The notes: generated from the letters alone by a model not told the origin. 64,000 nt of DNA from Macrostomum hystrix (GCA_950097015.1 CATNEN010000007.1:11470001-11534000), one strand, 5' to 3'. Numbered from the stretch's first letter, positions 35,331 to 48,929 are shown. Program-made: numbers and translations.

Positions 35331-36860
35331 TGATTTCATTATTATATTATTGACTATATTCACGTTTACAAACATTACCTTTTTGTATATAATCAGGACC
35401 CACTGAACCACCTCTGTCCCTACTCATCAACCTCGGAAATTCGGTCACTTGTACTGGTCGCTAGCTTTACGCTGCCGCAAAATAGCAGATAAACAGGCTG
35501 CCGGATCTCGCTTAGACTTCCGTCACGTTGGGAAATGGAAAATAATTCGACTAAAATCGGGCCCGACCCGCACTCGCGATTTCTTGTCTCTCTTGGGTGT
35601 CTGCTGAAAGATTGCTCGGCCGATTCCGCCGGGACGGGAGACGGCGGTGTCACGGCGGTCTGGCCGATTCATTGCTCGTAAAAATGCGGCTTGGAAAGTG
35701 AAATTTATTGCGAATGCCGGGCAGACAGCTGGTCCGGGCGGCTCTGTGGGGACGCGGCTCATTAATCTGCGCGCCTATGATACAAAAGGACATGAGAACT
35801 GCACGCTTGCCGAGAGCAATCTGAGGCGCGTGGGGGCAACTGTCCTGCTCCTTTGTCTCCTTTGTACTGCATCACTGTCCAGCTGTTTGCTCCCGTTATT
35901 CTCAAGCTCGTCTGCTCAAGGGACTCTTCACTCCCTGATAAGCACCGAATCCGGATGATCTCCAGCGATGACATCAGATCAACATCATTTTCCCTAGTCA
36001 TTTCCATTTCGCTTCCTCATATGGCAGGTAGCAACTGCAATGACCTCAGCCCCGCTGCCATTGATCCCAGGACCAGAGGAGAAGCCGCTCAACCGGGGCC
36101 GCGAAGTGCCTCCCGCTACGGCTCACTGAACTCGACCGGCTTCTAACCTGTCACAAAGCTGCGACGAACTCACTCCTGTATCGTCAAGTCAGGCATGGCT
36201 AGTGGATGGCCACAGTGAATGTGAGTGAAAGAGAGAGTGCGTGCGCAGTTCAGGTGTGAAGCCAATTTTTAGCACTTCCTCACTTTATTCGCTCTCTTTA
36301 CGTCTCGGTGGCGGCGCGAAAACAAGAAAAAGAGGATCTGAGAGAGGAGGGCCGGGATTGTAAGCACCCGGCCGGGAATGATTTATGCTCGGCGCGGACA
36401 CCGGACACTGGCGGTCCTGGCTGCCAGGCGACCCGGGCGAGATCGGACAGTGAGAGAAGGAAAAGGCGCAGGCGCTCGGCTCTGGGCAAACACGGCTTGG
36501 GCCTCACACGCGGCACCCCATCTGCGGCCGCCTGAAAATTGGGGGGGGGGCGGGTGGCGCGGAAGCCGCGATGCAATATGGGCTGATGAAGAGAGAACGG
36601 TACGCAAGCTGAGAGCTTGCGATGACATATTAATTGAGTTGTATCCACAGCACACACGCTCAGATGCCCTTCACTCACACGCCCACTCGCCCGAGCCTAC
36701 CGCCGCGTCAATCCGCCAAGTTTTAGGACTGCCAGGGGGTGCCCCGGATCCCATTGGCCGGGCCGGCACAGGCCAGTTGTGACGAGCCGCCATTGCCCTG
36801 AAATAGGACTGCAGGCGAGGTCCGCTCAGTCCGGCCCCGGACTCGCCACACACAGCAGGC

Positions 36861-38183
36861 ATGCTGAGCGGCGAGTGCTTCACCGTGCGCGGCTCCAACA
36901 CCAGCGGGGAGCCGCTGAACGAGACGGCCTACTTTGCCAGACAGGTGTCCATGGACAAGCTCATCCTGCTCACCATTGGCACTGCCCTGGCCGGCCTCAT
37001 CCTCAACATCCTATCTCTGGTGGTCTTCTTGCGCGTGTTCAGTCGCTCCAGCAGCCGCAACAACTTCCTAATGTTCTTCGTCTTTCTCACCGTGTGCGAG
37101 ATCGCGTTTTGCCTGGGCAGCACGCTGTCCTATACCATCGCCATGCTCAGCAACCGCATGCGAATCCGCTGGGTGGGCTTCGACCCGCTGCTGGCTGAAA
37201 ACTCGACCAGCCTGGACTACTTTTACTCGACCTACCTGCCCACTGACAGCCGCGCCCAGGCCACCGCGTTCTACCTGTTTCTGAGCTTTTCCAACTACCT
37301 TGCCGTGTTGTCCCAGTTCTCCCGCAACTGCTGGGTCGGCCTCACCGCCCTGCTGCGCTCCTACGTGGCCACGAGGCGGACCAGCGTCCACGCCGGCCGC
37401 GCCTTCAGCCTCGGCCGCGTCTCGGGCATGTTCGCCGCCAAAGTTGCTGTGGTCTTCGTACTGGGCGGTGCCCGCGCCTACATCAAGGACAGGCAGGGCT
37501 TCCTTCGGCCGGAGTTTCATGTGTGCAATGTCCAGTCGGGCGGCGGCCTCCTGCTGCTACACGTGCCGCTGGGCACGCCGCCCTTCTGGCACACGGTGAA
37601 CATGCTGTGGACGCTGCTGAGCCAGACCATACCGCTGCTGGTGATCCTGTTTAGCTCCATCGTGCTGATCGTCTCGCTGCGCCGAAGCAACGCCATGGCC
37701 AACAGCTCGGAGCGCAACAAGCGCGTGACTCGCATGGTCTTCATCTTCGCTCTCGCGTTCGGCCTGCTGGAGGCGCCGCGGGCAGCCCACTACCTGCTGG
37801 AGCAGTTCGTCCGCATTTCCGACCAGAGCCTGAAGATGCGGGTGGCGCAGGTCACGTATATCCTGTCGCTGGCGGACTCCTCGGTGAATGTGTTCATCTA
37901 CTTCTTCAAGGACCAGCAGTTCCGCAAGGAGATCTGCTTCAGCAGCGAGCGGAGGGCCAGCAACGCTGCAACCGGGCATGGCGTCACTGCCGCCGCGGCC
38001 GGAGTTTCAGCTGGAGGCTTCGTCGCCGCGGCTGCGACTGTCGCCGGCGAGGGAAGGTCATCGCCGCAGGAAAAGGCGGCTACCGAGGCCGAAGAGCTAA
38101 AGCCGCTGAATGACAACGGGGCCGCCGCCAACACCGCCGCAGCTACTGCCGGTGACGGGTCCGAAGAGGAAAACGGAGTGTGA
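36861..38183 (+). CDS. Intronless class A (rhodopsin-like) GPCR, probably a neuropeptide/FMRFamide-receptor-like orphan
   Basis: 440 aa with seven hydrophobic segments and N-terminal N-glycosylation sequons (NTS, NET). Motifs: TM1 GLILNILSLVVF, TM3 end LRSY (DRY variant), TM5 QTIP, KRVTRMV before TM6 (LEAP), and TM7 DSSVNVFIY followed by FRKE. Confidence 0.88.
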   Translation: MLSGECFTVRGSNTSGEPLNETAYFARQVSMDKLILLTIGTALAGLILNILSLVVFLRVFSRSSSRNNFLMFFVFLTVCEIAFCLGSTLSYTIAMLSNRMRIRWVGFDPLLAENSTSLDYFYSTYLPTDSRAQATAFYLFLSFSNYLAVLSQFSRNCWVGLTALLRSYVATRRTSVHAGRAFSLGRVSGMFAAKVAVVFVLGGARAYIKDRQGFLRPEFHVCNVQSGGGLLLLHVPLGTPPFWHTVNMLWTLLSQTIPLLVILFSSIVLIVSLRRSNAMANSSERNKRVTRMVFIFALAFGLLEAPRAAHYLLEQFVRISDQSLKMRVAQVTYILSLADSSVNVFIYFFKDQQFRKEICFSSERRASNAATGHGVTAAAAGVSAGGFVAAAATVAGEGRSSPQEKAATEAEELKPLNDNGAAANTAAATAGDGSEEENGV

Positions 38184-41152
38184 CCGTTGCGTTGATGGCT
38201 GCAAATACTTGACCGTGACCGCAGGTTGCAGCTGTTGTGACATGTCTTTGTGTTTGTTATTAGCTGCTGTTAGTCCAGTCTGTCTGCTTCGTGCAAACCA
38301 AAGCCCCACATTGTTGTCTCCCAGCTTGCCTCGCATATTAATCCCCTGCCGTTTATTGAATTCGTCGTTCTGTCCGCATCGCCTCCCCCGCAATGTGCCG
38401 CCGGATGTCCCTCGGCTGCCCTGACTTCATATTTAAACTGAATTGCCGAGCCACAGCCAATGCGCGTCGAATAAAAATGCCAGCCCAGTCAGACGGCGCA
38501 TCAATGCTCAGGCCGAGCGGCTCTTTGACGCCTCACTTCTTTCCCGCCCGCCTCGGCAAGGCGTGGCTGCGGTCTAGTGATAAAGGGAGGAGGGCGAAAC
38601 AGACAGGCTGAAGGCAAGCAATAAAGGGAAAAGTTTATTCGAGCGCTTTGCCCAGAGCGGAGATGGCGGAGAAAAGGTTTGCGATAAGTTTTCCCATCTG
38701 GCCGCGCCCGCCAGTTCCGCGCTCCGGACCAGCCGCTCGCAATCAATTCTTTGCTGCTTCTCACCCTGGCCTGGCCTGCATTCTTCTCTGTTCTGGAGGC
38801 GCGAGGAAAGAAAATCTCAGAGCGCCCGCCCACTCCCCATTGATCTTCGTGATTGCCTGAGCACTGCAGCACTGGGCGCTCCGAGAGCGGGCTCTGCTGT
38901 CAAATTGCGACAGCAGTTTGCGCATTATCGCCATTAATCGGCTGAAAATCACTGCCCGCCGCAACGCCCGTCCGACCCCCCCTCCCCGGCACAAGGCGGT
39001 CACGCGATCGAGTCTCGCTTCGGAGAGAAGCGAGCAGTCGCAGCGCCTCCGCCCGCCTCAAATAGAGAGCCGATTTCGATGGAGCAGCGGAAGACCCGCC
39101 GAGGCGGACGTACCGGGGCGGAGGGCGCCCGCATCGCACGCGGGCTCTGATGCCCCCCCACTGCCCCGGAAATTGGCGAGCCCGCCATTTACGCTCGTAG
39201 CGACCGGAGCTGACCTCACGGGCTCGATACCCGCACTACCTTCCCTACTTATTGCAGCCTTCAACTGCTACTCCCAAGCCTATTTTCCTGAACCTTTGCA
39301 GTATCTCTGTACGTCATTTCCCATCCTATTTATCCCCACTGTCAGCTCCTGCGTGCCTGCTGTGCCGTGAACAGCAGAACATGACAGGCCGAGAACGGCA
39401 TTTCGGTAGTTTGGCTCGGGAATAAACCATCCAGAGGAAAACTAGGAAAACTGGGCCGCATTGTTCCTCGGCTTTGCGAGCCAGAAACGACTGCAGCCCG
39501 TCCTTACCGACCCACTTCCCAACCCGCTGCTTTCACTCTCCCACGCTGGTCCAGCGGGAGCCCAAGTCAACACGGGCACTCACCGCTGTGGGATGAGGGA
39601 GGCCGGAGGCTGCGGTTTTAATCTGTGTGGCCACGCCTGACTGGCCGGTGTTAATCCCGCAAATTTAGCTTTTTGCCAGAAGGGCGACTGCCCGAATGTT
39701 TTTTACACTCTCTGTAATTTTCCAATCGACTTCTGTGAAAGCTGCGACAGCCTTTCAGTGCCAACCGGTCAGCGCGTTATCCACCGATGGCATCTGACAG
39801 ATCGATCAGGAACTGCTCGGAGATCTGCCGAGTGCTCTTTTCTTTATCATTTCCATTTGTCAGAGTCTCCGCGGGACCTGCAGCTAACAAGGTTATGAGG
39901 CGGCCGATAAGGCAGCATGCGGGTCGGCCTGCAATCACTTTCGGGCGTGGCAGCGGCCAGGGCAGCCTTTCAGTCATCTCACGTCATTAGCAGCTTCTCT
40001 GAGACCAGGCAACTCACATCCCACTTCCCAACTCACTCACCCACACACACTCACACCCTCTTTCCCTTTCTGTTCGCAATGGTTTCTCGGTCTGAGCGGT
40101 GCGTGGAGGCAGTTAATAACCTGGCAAATGAATGCCAGGCTCTTTCTGCCCCGGCACTCCAAGCCTTCCTGCGAGATGAGGCAAATGCCGGGCAGCGGGC
40201 GCTTTGGGCGCTACTCAAAGCTGCTCATTGGCCAGTGAGTACACTTTGCTGAGTTGTTGTGGCTAGTATTTAAGTTTTAATTTCGTGCTTAATTTAGCCT
40301 AAACCGCAATGAACTCAACTGCTGACACATCTAGCAACATATTTTTTGCTAAATTATTTACAGACAATGTCCCGAGAGGGCTCGAATCGAAAGGGCATCG
40401 AACTCGGGACCTTACTGACAGCTGCCAGAGAATGACAATCTGGGGCAGAAGCTCAGAAGGCTGCATGGTCTGGAAAATCGGCAGGTGAGCTGTTCTCAGG
40501 CATGCCAGGTGGGCGGCGAGCAACACTGGCCAACTCGGGGGGGGGAGGGGCTAATTTCTCACAGAGCTGATCCCCTGACACTGATCCCCTGACACTGATC
40601 CCCAAATGCGCGGTGCGCGGCTTTTTGCGTTCTTGCCTAAAATGTGGCCACCCAAGCTCCAATGCCCTGGCTGTGCCGTGGAATCAGCTCAGGCCAGTAG
40701 TTGTGGGCCAGGTAATGGCAGGGCTGGCAGCTGACAGGCCGGCTCTCAGCGGCTCAGACTTGTCACGGCCCGCCGCTACTTGGGCATGATCGATTGCAGC
40801 AGCGATTAGGCACTGGATCAGCTGGCCGGCCGCCGAGACCTTCACGGCAGGCGGCAGCCGGAGAAAGTGCAGCTGCACTGAGGCGCGAAAAGTCTCTTAT
40901 CCCACACTCTGGCCCTGATCCCCTTCTCGAGAGGAGTTAGGAGTCGCGGGAGTGGCAAATATGCGGCTCAAGGGAGGGCATTGCAGCCGGGGGACCGGCC
41001 TTCCTGCAGCCAGATTAGGCTGGGCAGAGGGAATCGTAATTGAGATGGGATTAGGCGCTACTCACTGCCTAGTAACACGCTTGCCGCCATTTGCTACAGA
41101 AGTCATCATGATAGTCATGATACAGTGATATGCATGCCTGTGCGGCTGGCCA

Positions 41153-41640
41153 ACCCACTGGACAGTGCTCACCCACCCACTGGACAGTGCTCACCCACCC
41201 ACTGGACAGTGCTCACTCACCCACTGGACAGTGCTCACCCACCCACTGAACAGTGCTCACCCACCCACTGGACAGTGCTCACCCACCCACTGGACAGTGC
41301 TCACCCACCCACTGGACAGTGCTCACCCACCCACTGGATAGTGCTCACCCACCCACTGCTCACCCACCCACTGGACAGTGCTCACCCACCCACTGGACAG
41401 TGCTCACCCACCCACTGCTCACCCACCCACTGGACAGTGCTCACCCACCCACTGCTCACCCATCCACTGGACAGTGCTCACCCACCCACTGCTCACCCAT
41501 CCACTGGACAGTGCTCACCCACCCAATGAACAGTGCTCACCCACCAACTAAACAGTTCTCACCAATAGCTTGGACGGTGCTCACCCACCAATTGAACAGT
41601 GCTCACCTACTGATTAAACAGTGCTCACCAACCCATGCAA
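41153..41640. repeat. 21-bp minisatellite, degenerating at the 3' end
   Basis: Unit CCACTGGACAGTGCTCACCCA. Confidence 0.93.
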
Positions 41641-42396
41641 CAGTTTTAGTCTATGTATTGGACAGCGGGTCCAGCTCGCAGCGGACAAACGGAAGACTCA
41701 TAATTTATGCCTATTGGAGACACTACTCAGTCCCTACTAAAAAATTCTCAGCCTCGCTCAGCTCGGCCAGGAGGAGCTCCGCCATCAAGGAGGCCCTCAA
41801 GTGGCGCCGATTCAGCCGCTAGCGAAGCGTCTGTGTCGCTGAAATTCCGAAAATGCCTACTGAGACAGGGAGGAGGCGTGGCGAGTAGGAGGCATCCTCT
41901 CGCTAGCCACAGAATCCCGTGCCCCCGAGAGCCTCCCAGCATCATTAGTGCCTCATCGTTGGGATTTCCCAAGGCCAGGTGAGCGGCGGGTGAAAGCGGC
42001 AGCAGCCGGCCGGGGCTGCTTCTAAGAAAAAAGTCGGGCGTGGCTTCGCTGTGCCGCGTGAGCCGTGAGCCGTGAGCCGTGAGCACAGCTGGCTACACCT
42101 GGCTGGCTTCCCTAACGATTGCGGGAGCAGGTCTGCCCGGCCCGCTGCTGGCCTCGTCGCCTGCGGTAATTTGGCTTTGCAGCAGGTTCTCATTTTGTAG
42201 CTTTCCCACCGCCTAACGAGAAGTCCCTAGGAGGCGGTGCGGCTGCATGCCGACTCCCTCTGTGGAGGTCGCGTGCGATGATTCTCCACTTTTGAGTAAA
42301 AAAACGAAACGTTTGGACTATTAAATCTACACGGACTATTACCAGTAGAGTTTGCTTTATAGATTCAAGATAAACCATATTGGATCCGAATAAATA

Positions 42397-42825
42397 CAGT
42401 CAGAGATCCCATGAGAGCCAGTCAGAGATCCCATGAGAGCCAGTCAGAGATCCCATGAGAGCCAGTCAGAGATCCCATGAGAGCCAGTCAGAGATCCCAT
42501 GAGAACCAGTCAGAGATCCCATGAGAGCCACTCAGAGATCCCATGAGAGCCAGTCAGAGATCCCATGAGAGCCAGTCAGAGATCCCATGAGAGCCAGTCA
42601 GAGATCCCATGAGAGCCAGTCAGAGATCCCATGAGAGCCAGTCAGAGATCCCATGAGAGCCAGTCAGAGATCCCATGAGAACCAGTCAGAGATCCCATGA
42701 GAACCAGTCGGAGATCCCATGAGAACCAGTCAGAGATCCCATGAGAACCAGTCAGAGATCCCATGAGAACCAGTCAGAGATCCCATGAGAACCAGTCGGA
42801 GATCCCATGAGAGCCAGTCAGAGAT
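42397..42825. repeat. 22-bp minisatellite, ~19 copies
   Basis: Unit CAGTCAGAGATCCCATGAGA(G/A)C. Confidence 0.96.
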
Positions 42826-43321
42826 TTCATCATGGCTTATCAGGTTTCGGGTGAGACCTGCTCAAAGTCAAGCCAATGCTCGGTAGTTGCCAGGCCCTGT
42901 CAGTTGGAACTGAGTTCTATTCCCTGATCATGATGCAGCTGGGCTAATCACTCATAATTAGCCTGCAGTGCCCGCAGCCCCTCCAGCTAATCTGATGGCC
43001 ATCCATTAAGATGGCCGTGAGCGGATGGGCCCAAATCGCTCCGCATTTGTAGGCATTGGCCCCTGGCCCTTTCTCTCCTAAAAGCCTGAAGAGTTTGGTC
43101 TCATCAGGAAATAATTAGACTGCGGCCTGAGGTTATAATTAGTACTGAACCGTTTGAATATTTGTGGCTGGGTATCAAAGCCTAATTGCTGATTTCGCAA
43201 AAAAATTATATTAAATTTCATAGTCTCTAAAACTCATTTCCGAAAAAACACAATAGCGAGAAAATTTCATGCCTGAAGCTTCGCTTAGAGATGTACCAAC
43301 TTACTTGGAACTCGTAGCCGA

Positions 43322-44058
43322 GCGCCATTCTCTACACAGGGTAGCGCCATTCTCTGTACAGGGTAGCGCCATTCTCTACACAGGGTATCGCCATTCTCTG
43401 TACAGGTATAGATATTCTCTGTACAGGTATAGATACTCTCTGTACAGGTATCGCCATTCTCTATACAGGTATCGATATTCTCTTTACAGGTATAGATATT
43501 CTCTGTACAGGTATAGATATTCTCTGTACAGGTATCGCCATTCTCTGTACAGGTATAGATATTCTCTGTACAGGTATAGATACTCTCTGTACAGGTATCG
43601 CCATTCTCTATACAGGTATCGATATTCTCTTTACAGGTATAGATATTCTCTTTACAGGTATAGATATTCTCTGTACAGGTATCGCCATTCTCTGTACAGG
43701 TATAGATATTCTCTGTACAGGTATAGATATTCTCTGTACAGGTATCGCCATTCTCTGTACAGGTATAGATATTCTCTGTACAGGTATAGATATTATCTGT
43801 ACAGGTATAGATATTCTCTGTACAGGTATCGCCATTCTCTGTACAGGTATAGATATTCTCTGTACAGGTATAGATATTATCTGTACAGGTATAGATATTC
43901 TCTGTACAGGTATCGCCATTCTCTGTACAGGTATAGATATTCTCTGTACAGGTATAGATATTATCTGTACAGGTATAGATATTCTCTGTACAGGTATCGC
44001 CATTCTCTGTACAGGTATAGATATTCTCTGTACAGGTATCGATATTCTCTATACTCTC
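43322..44058. repeat. 21-bp minisatellite with 3-4-unit higher-order structure
   Basis: Unit TTCTCTGTACAGGTAT(AGATA/CGCCA). Confidence 0.95.
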
Positions 44059-44434
44059 TAACAAGTAACAAATTTGCAATGCTAAGTTGCTGCTTTCATT
44101 GGAATCGACACCTCTTGGGAAAGTACAGATGACAAGCATTGAAATTTGCTTGGCAGGGCCGCCACTGGGAAAGTGAGCTGAATTGAGACTTGGAGAAACA
44201 CTTGGGACGGGCGGGAAAGGGGCCCCCCAGCAACTGGGATCTGGCAGCTGACAGCCGCCTAATTGAAGGCTGCCAGCCCGCCATCAGCTAATCAAGCCTT
44301 GCCTCAGCCTGGCCTGCAGTGAACTCCGCGGACACTCGCAGCTAATCAAGCCCCGCCTCAGCCCATCCGATTCACTCCGAGGACGCTGAGGGATCTGCGA
44401 AATGGAGAAGGGAGGAAAGCACTCTGGAAATTAA

Positions 44435-44569
<135 letters not shown>

Positions 44570-45182
44570 TAGGCTGGCTGTCGTCGGCGGCAGCGGCAGA
44601 GCCCTATTTGCACTCTTCCAAAAGAATCTCTCATGCGAGAGAGATTCGGGACTGCGGGAGGGAGGGGGACAAAGGGAGGCCTGGAGAGGCCACGGCGGCC
44701 GCACAGTCACGCCAGCACGAACTTCCTGCTGCTCGCTCGCGGATGACTTAATGCGCCGCGCAATCGGAGATGGCGGGGGAGGAGGCGGCTCGGGCCCTCG
44801 GATTTGAGAGTTGCAACTGATAAAAGCGACTCGGCAAAGCAGCTCAGCGGGCTGCCTGCCGGGCCAGCTGGGATGGCCCACAGTGCAAAGTCTGCCCGGC
44901 TTGCCGACTTGAAAGCCGATGCCGAGCTCGATTGTGACATTTTTACGAGCTCAGTTGCTCACAAAGCAGGCGGCATTGATTCTGCGATTCTGCTTTGCGC
45001 GGGGAAGACGTTTTGGCAATCAAACAATAAACACAGTTTACTGGCATTATCGATTGTGGTTGAGCACACTCGGCGAGCAGACTCAGGTGAGTGGCAGGTC
45101 GCTAACGCGCTCGCATCTCGCACCAAGGTGCGAGGCCACATTTATTTTGAGTGCATCTGCTGAAAGAAGGCTTGTCATGCAA

Positions 45183-45303
45183 CTGATGCCGTTGAGGGGA
45201 GACAATGAGAGTGTACACTATCTGATGCCGTTGAGGGGAGACAATGAGAGTGTACACTATCTGATGCCGTTGAGGGGAGACAATGAGAGTGTACACTATC
45301 TGA
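45183..45303. repeat. 39-bp tandem repeat, 3 copies
   Basis: Unit CTGATGCCGTTGAGGGGAGACAATGAGAGTGTACACTAT. Confidence 0.9.
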
Positions 45304-45973
45304 GAATGTCAGGGCAAATGTACACCACTGTGTCAGGAGTCAGCGGAATGGGCGGAATTGCCTCGTGGCTGGCTGCGGGTCTAGTGTCACCAAATGAGGT
45401 GCCATTGCCCGCAGCCGCCAAATGCCCCACTGCCCTCCTGCAAGTATGATTATTACTATTATTACTAGTAATCTCTGAAGCAAGTAAACTTTGCCGGAGC
45501 AGCTGGCCTGTGAAGTGTCTTAGCAGATTAAGACCATTAGTGCCATGCAAAGTAGCAGCATTGCTACAAGATCAAAGTCGCTAGTGTCGCACTCAGTTAC
45601 TCGGGACTTGTCATCACCTGGCTTGGCTGGGCAGCCCAGGCGGGGGTCGCCAGCAAGGAAAGCTCGAGCCTGCGATGAGAGCCAGCTCAGCCCGCTGCAG
45701 CCCGTGAGACTCCCGCGACTCCCGCTGCCGCCTTTCGCCATCAATAAAGCATGATGGGATTATCGGCAGAATCGAGCCGGAGGGGGACGGCCTGTGGAAT
45801 CCGCTCTGGGGATCTCACCTGTTTTCCCGATTCCCATACGGACCTGAATTAGAAATTCTGGAGGTGTGACATGAGCAGCCGCCCCTCCGCTCTCATCACA
45901 CCGCCAGCCTCCCAGGTGCGGGCGCCGGACCCGCTGGAGTGGCTGCTTATCAATCGCTAATTGCTGGGGCGGC

Positions 45974-46088
45974 TGCAGCTTTGAGTCTGAGTCTGTTAAA
46001 ACACTCCGAGTGCAGCTTTGAGTCTGAGTCTGTTAAAACACTCCGAGTGCAGCTTTGAGTCTGAGTCTGTTAAAACTCTCCGAGTGCA
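45974..46088. repeat. ~38-bp tandem repeat, 3 copies
   Basis: Unit TGCAGCTTTGAGTCTGAGTCTGTTAAAACACTCCGAG. Confidence 0.88.
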
Positions 46089-46814
46089 GATTTGAGCAGG
46101 CGCCAAGCAGCAGAAGCCAGGCAAGTGAGAAGGACACGAATAACTGCCGGGCGCACGAGCGCCTAAACTGCAGCTGCTCGGCGCGTCACGGCGAGGTCGG
46201 GCGGGTGCGGAACTCAATAACTCCGCATCAAACTGAGCAGGGGAGGAGGGTCTCACATGCCGCCTTGGAGGCGCCAATTTTCATATCCTCCGCCTGGCCG
46301 CTTCGCTGTTGTCTGCTTATAATATTGGCCTGCTCACCGACTGTTCTCAACCGGCCCTATTTGCTTTGCTGTAAGAAAGTACAGCAGACCTTCTCCTAGC
46401 TCTACTCAGCAGGGGAGGCTGTTTTTCTAATAGATAATTTCTGAATAAATAACTGGAGCATTGCGGTCCTCAATGGCCGGGCAAACATGTCGCTTTGGCT
46501 TTCGACACTGCCGGCAACTCGGCGCGACTTTGTCAGGCCGATTGCGTGCCGCCCGTGACCGCCTCCCCCAGCCGCTCCGTGCCGCGCGGAAATCGAGGCC
46601 AGACAGAGTCCTTCCCACCCGAACCGCACGCACGGAGCAGTAACCCGAAGGACAGAGCTGGGTGACAAGACGGGAGAAAAGGTAAGAGCAAAATGGAACA
46701 GATAGAGCTGTGGGGAATCGAGAATAAAAGCACTGGAAATAAGTTGATGCTTGAAGATAGCGAGACATTGAAACCAGCAAAAGTGAGGCAGAGGGATAAG
46801 AATAGAGGAGATTT

Positions 46815-47291
46815 AGAGAGGTGAGGGGAGATGGAGGTTGAGAGGAGATGGAGGGTGAGGGGAGATGGAGATTATAGGAGGGTGAGAGGTGAGAGGAGAT
46901 GGAGGGTGAGGGGAGATGGAGGGTGAGAGGAGATGGAGGGTGAGGGGAGATGGAGGGTGAGGGGAGATGGAGGGTGAGAGGAGATGGAGGGTGAGGGGAG
47001 ATGGAGGGTGAGAGGAGATGGAGGGTGAGGGGAGATGGAGGGTGAGGGGAGATGGAGGGTGAGAGGAGATGGAGGGTGAGGGGAGATGGAGGGTGAGGGG
47101 AGATGGAGGGTGAGGGGAGATGGAGGGTGAGGGGAGATGGAGGGTGAGAGGAGATGGAGGGTGAGGGGAGATGGAGGGTGAGAGGAGATGGAGGGTGAGG
47201 GGAGATGGAGGGTGAGGGGAGATGGAGGGTGAGGGGAGATGGAGGGTGAGGGGAGATGGAGGGTGAGGGGAGATGGAGGGTGAGGGGAGAT
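46815..47291. repeat. 17-bp purine/G-rich minisatellite
   Basis: Unit GGAGGGTGAG(G/A)GGAGAT. Confidence 0.95.
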
Positions 47292-47949
47292 TATGTGTGA
47301 GAGGTGAGATATGTTGGGTGAGATTAGATGGAGATTGAGGAAAAGGAGAGAGGTGATAGAGAGTAAGGAAACAGATCTAGTGGACGGGTTAATAGAAATA
47401 GGTGTCACATAAAGCGGCAGTCCCATTGTATCAATCTACCCAGAGGGAAGCCATGATTAAAGGCTTGTCAGACTGAGCCTCCGGGTCACAGGGTTGCTGT
47501 GGCGACAAGGGCGCGGATGTGGAGGTGAGGGAGAATGAGGGTCCAGGGCAAGGGGGAAAAGATCAAGGGAAAAGTGCCAGCGCCGAGAAGGCAGGTCAAT
47601 ATAGTGTGTTGTTCTCAAAGAATAAATCAAAGCGGCATTTGGATGGCCCTGAGCTGGCGATTGGTATCGAGAATCCGCTGTATCTGTAAAAAGCAAATGG
47701 CGGAGAAGCAATTTATTGAGCCTTCGCAGAGGCGCGTACATGGGTCAGAACTCGGACACATTCCTCGCTGGGATGTCGAAGAGATTCTCGGCTGGCTACA
47801 TACCCTATCAAAATAATGACAAAGCTAAACGGAAATAAATGGAACTAAACGATGCGCTGCACTACTTAAAGTAGAGAAGAAGGAAGGACGGAATCAGGCT
47901 AAGTCTGGCCACTTTGGCTAAAGTTCAACCATAAACAACGGCCGTCTCT

Positions 47950-48678
47950 TCAAAAGCTCTCGGCATTGTCAGAAACCTGGATAACACTTCCGTTGCCAAC
48001 GATGTTGAGCAAGCCATTCTGGTAGCTTCGGCCAGAAGACTGCTGCGGCTGCCGATGCGCTGGGGGGCTCGGCGGTGGTGACGGGTTTGGCTGCGGCGGA
48101 CGCTGCTCCTCAGCAACATGCGGAGCCCCCGTGCGGTCCAGCGGCTGCGGCAGCTGTTGTGGATTGCTGCCCTGCCGCTCCGCTCCGTGGTTCAAAATCG
48201 GCGGCGGCGCTCCGAGCTGCTGCGCCGGCTGGGCAACCAGGGTCGCATCCCGCCTGCCGTTGTTCCCCTGGGCCGCAATCGGCTTGATGACGTCCGAGGC
48301 CCTGCTTGAAGCCAAGGTGGTGCCGCGAGAGTTGAAGGCGGAGTCGCAGGCACACTGGGCTGAGAAGCGGGAGTCATGGGCTGAGTAGCGGGAGTCATAG
48401 GCTGAGTCGCGAGAGCCCTTGGCTGAGTAGCGTGAGTCATGGGCTGAGTCGCGCAATGTGCTGACGGCCTGGCTGCGGCGGTTCAGTTCAACCAGGAATT
48501 TTTCCAGCTCGGCCTCGCCGAACGGCTGTTTCTTGATGTCTCGGAACTTGTCGGAGAGTCGCTTGGAGTGGTTCTTTGCCAGGAAGTCCTCGGTGCTGAG
48601 ATTTTTGGGTAAGTGCTTCTTGAAGAATTTCTTCACTCTTGGGTTGCCATTCAGGTCCTCAACGAATTCGCGGATCAT
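47950..48678 (-). CDS. Unknown protein, novel family member A (helical N-domain, DSAxDS repeats, Pro/Gln linker, C-terminal RHIM-like motif)
   Basis: 242-aa ORF from ATG 48678 with GC3-rich codons. Its N-domain (KRLSDKFRDIKKQPFGEAELEKFLVEL) and C-terminal QNGLLNIVGNGSVIQV are homologous to the neighbouring ORFs. Confidence 0.7.
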   Translation of the reverse strand: MIREFVEDLNGNPRVKKFFKKHLPKNLSTEDFLAKNHSKRLSDKFRDIKKQPFGEAELEKFLVELNRRSQAVSTLRDSAHDSRYSAKGSRDSAYDSRYSAHDSRFSAQCACDSAFNSRGTTLASSRASDVIKPIAAQGNNGRRDATLVAQPAQQLGAPPPILNHGAERQGSNPQQLPQPLDRTGAPHVAEEQRPPQPNPSPPPSPPAHRQPQQSSGRSYQNGLLNIVGNGSVIQVSDNAESF

Positions 48679-48929
48679 TTTCGCGGACTGAACTGAAAAC
48701 AAGCGATAGAAGAGCAGTTGAGTTGTTGACTGCTATATTTAATCACTCTAATAGGGCACTGATTTAGAGTTTAGCGCATTGTTACGGGGAACTTTGCAAA
48801 GTGGAGAAGACAAGGCACCTGTTGAATCATGGTCTAAAAATAGCCATGAGCTCTCTGAAGTGACAAGCAATGGAGAGCTATGAAAGACAAAAAAACGGTC
48901 GTAAAAACTATGCTATACTTCTGACACTA

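Noticed and set aside
37068-38134. Antisense and alternative-frame ORFs over the GPCR, transporters, PDP and Prx
   Set aside because: These are shadow ORFs of GC-rich coding sequence with no recognisable motifs.
43083-43110. CTGATGAG on the minus strand as a hammerhead core
   Set aside because: It forms a simple hairpin and lacks the downstream GAAA and stem III.
43269-44139. YRYRYSL / CTENIYT repeat ORFs
   Set aside because: Artefact of the 21-bp satellite. The same applies to ORFs at 19636-20218, 41125-41822, 46872-47426, 54144-55092 and 58949-59434.
48786-48797. kB-like site GGGAACTTTGC upstream of family member A
   Set aside because: A single imperfect match, expected by chance.
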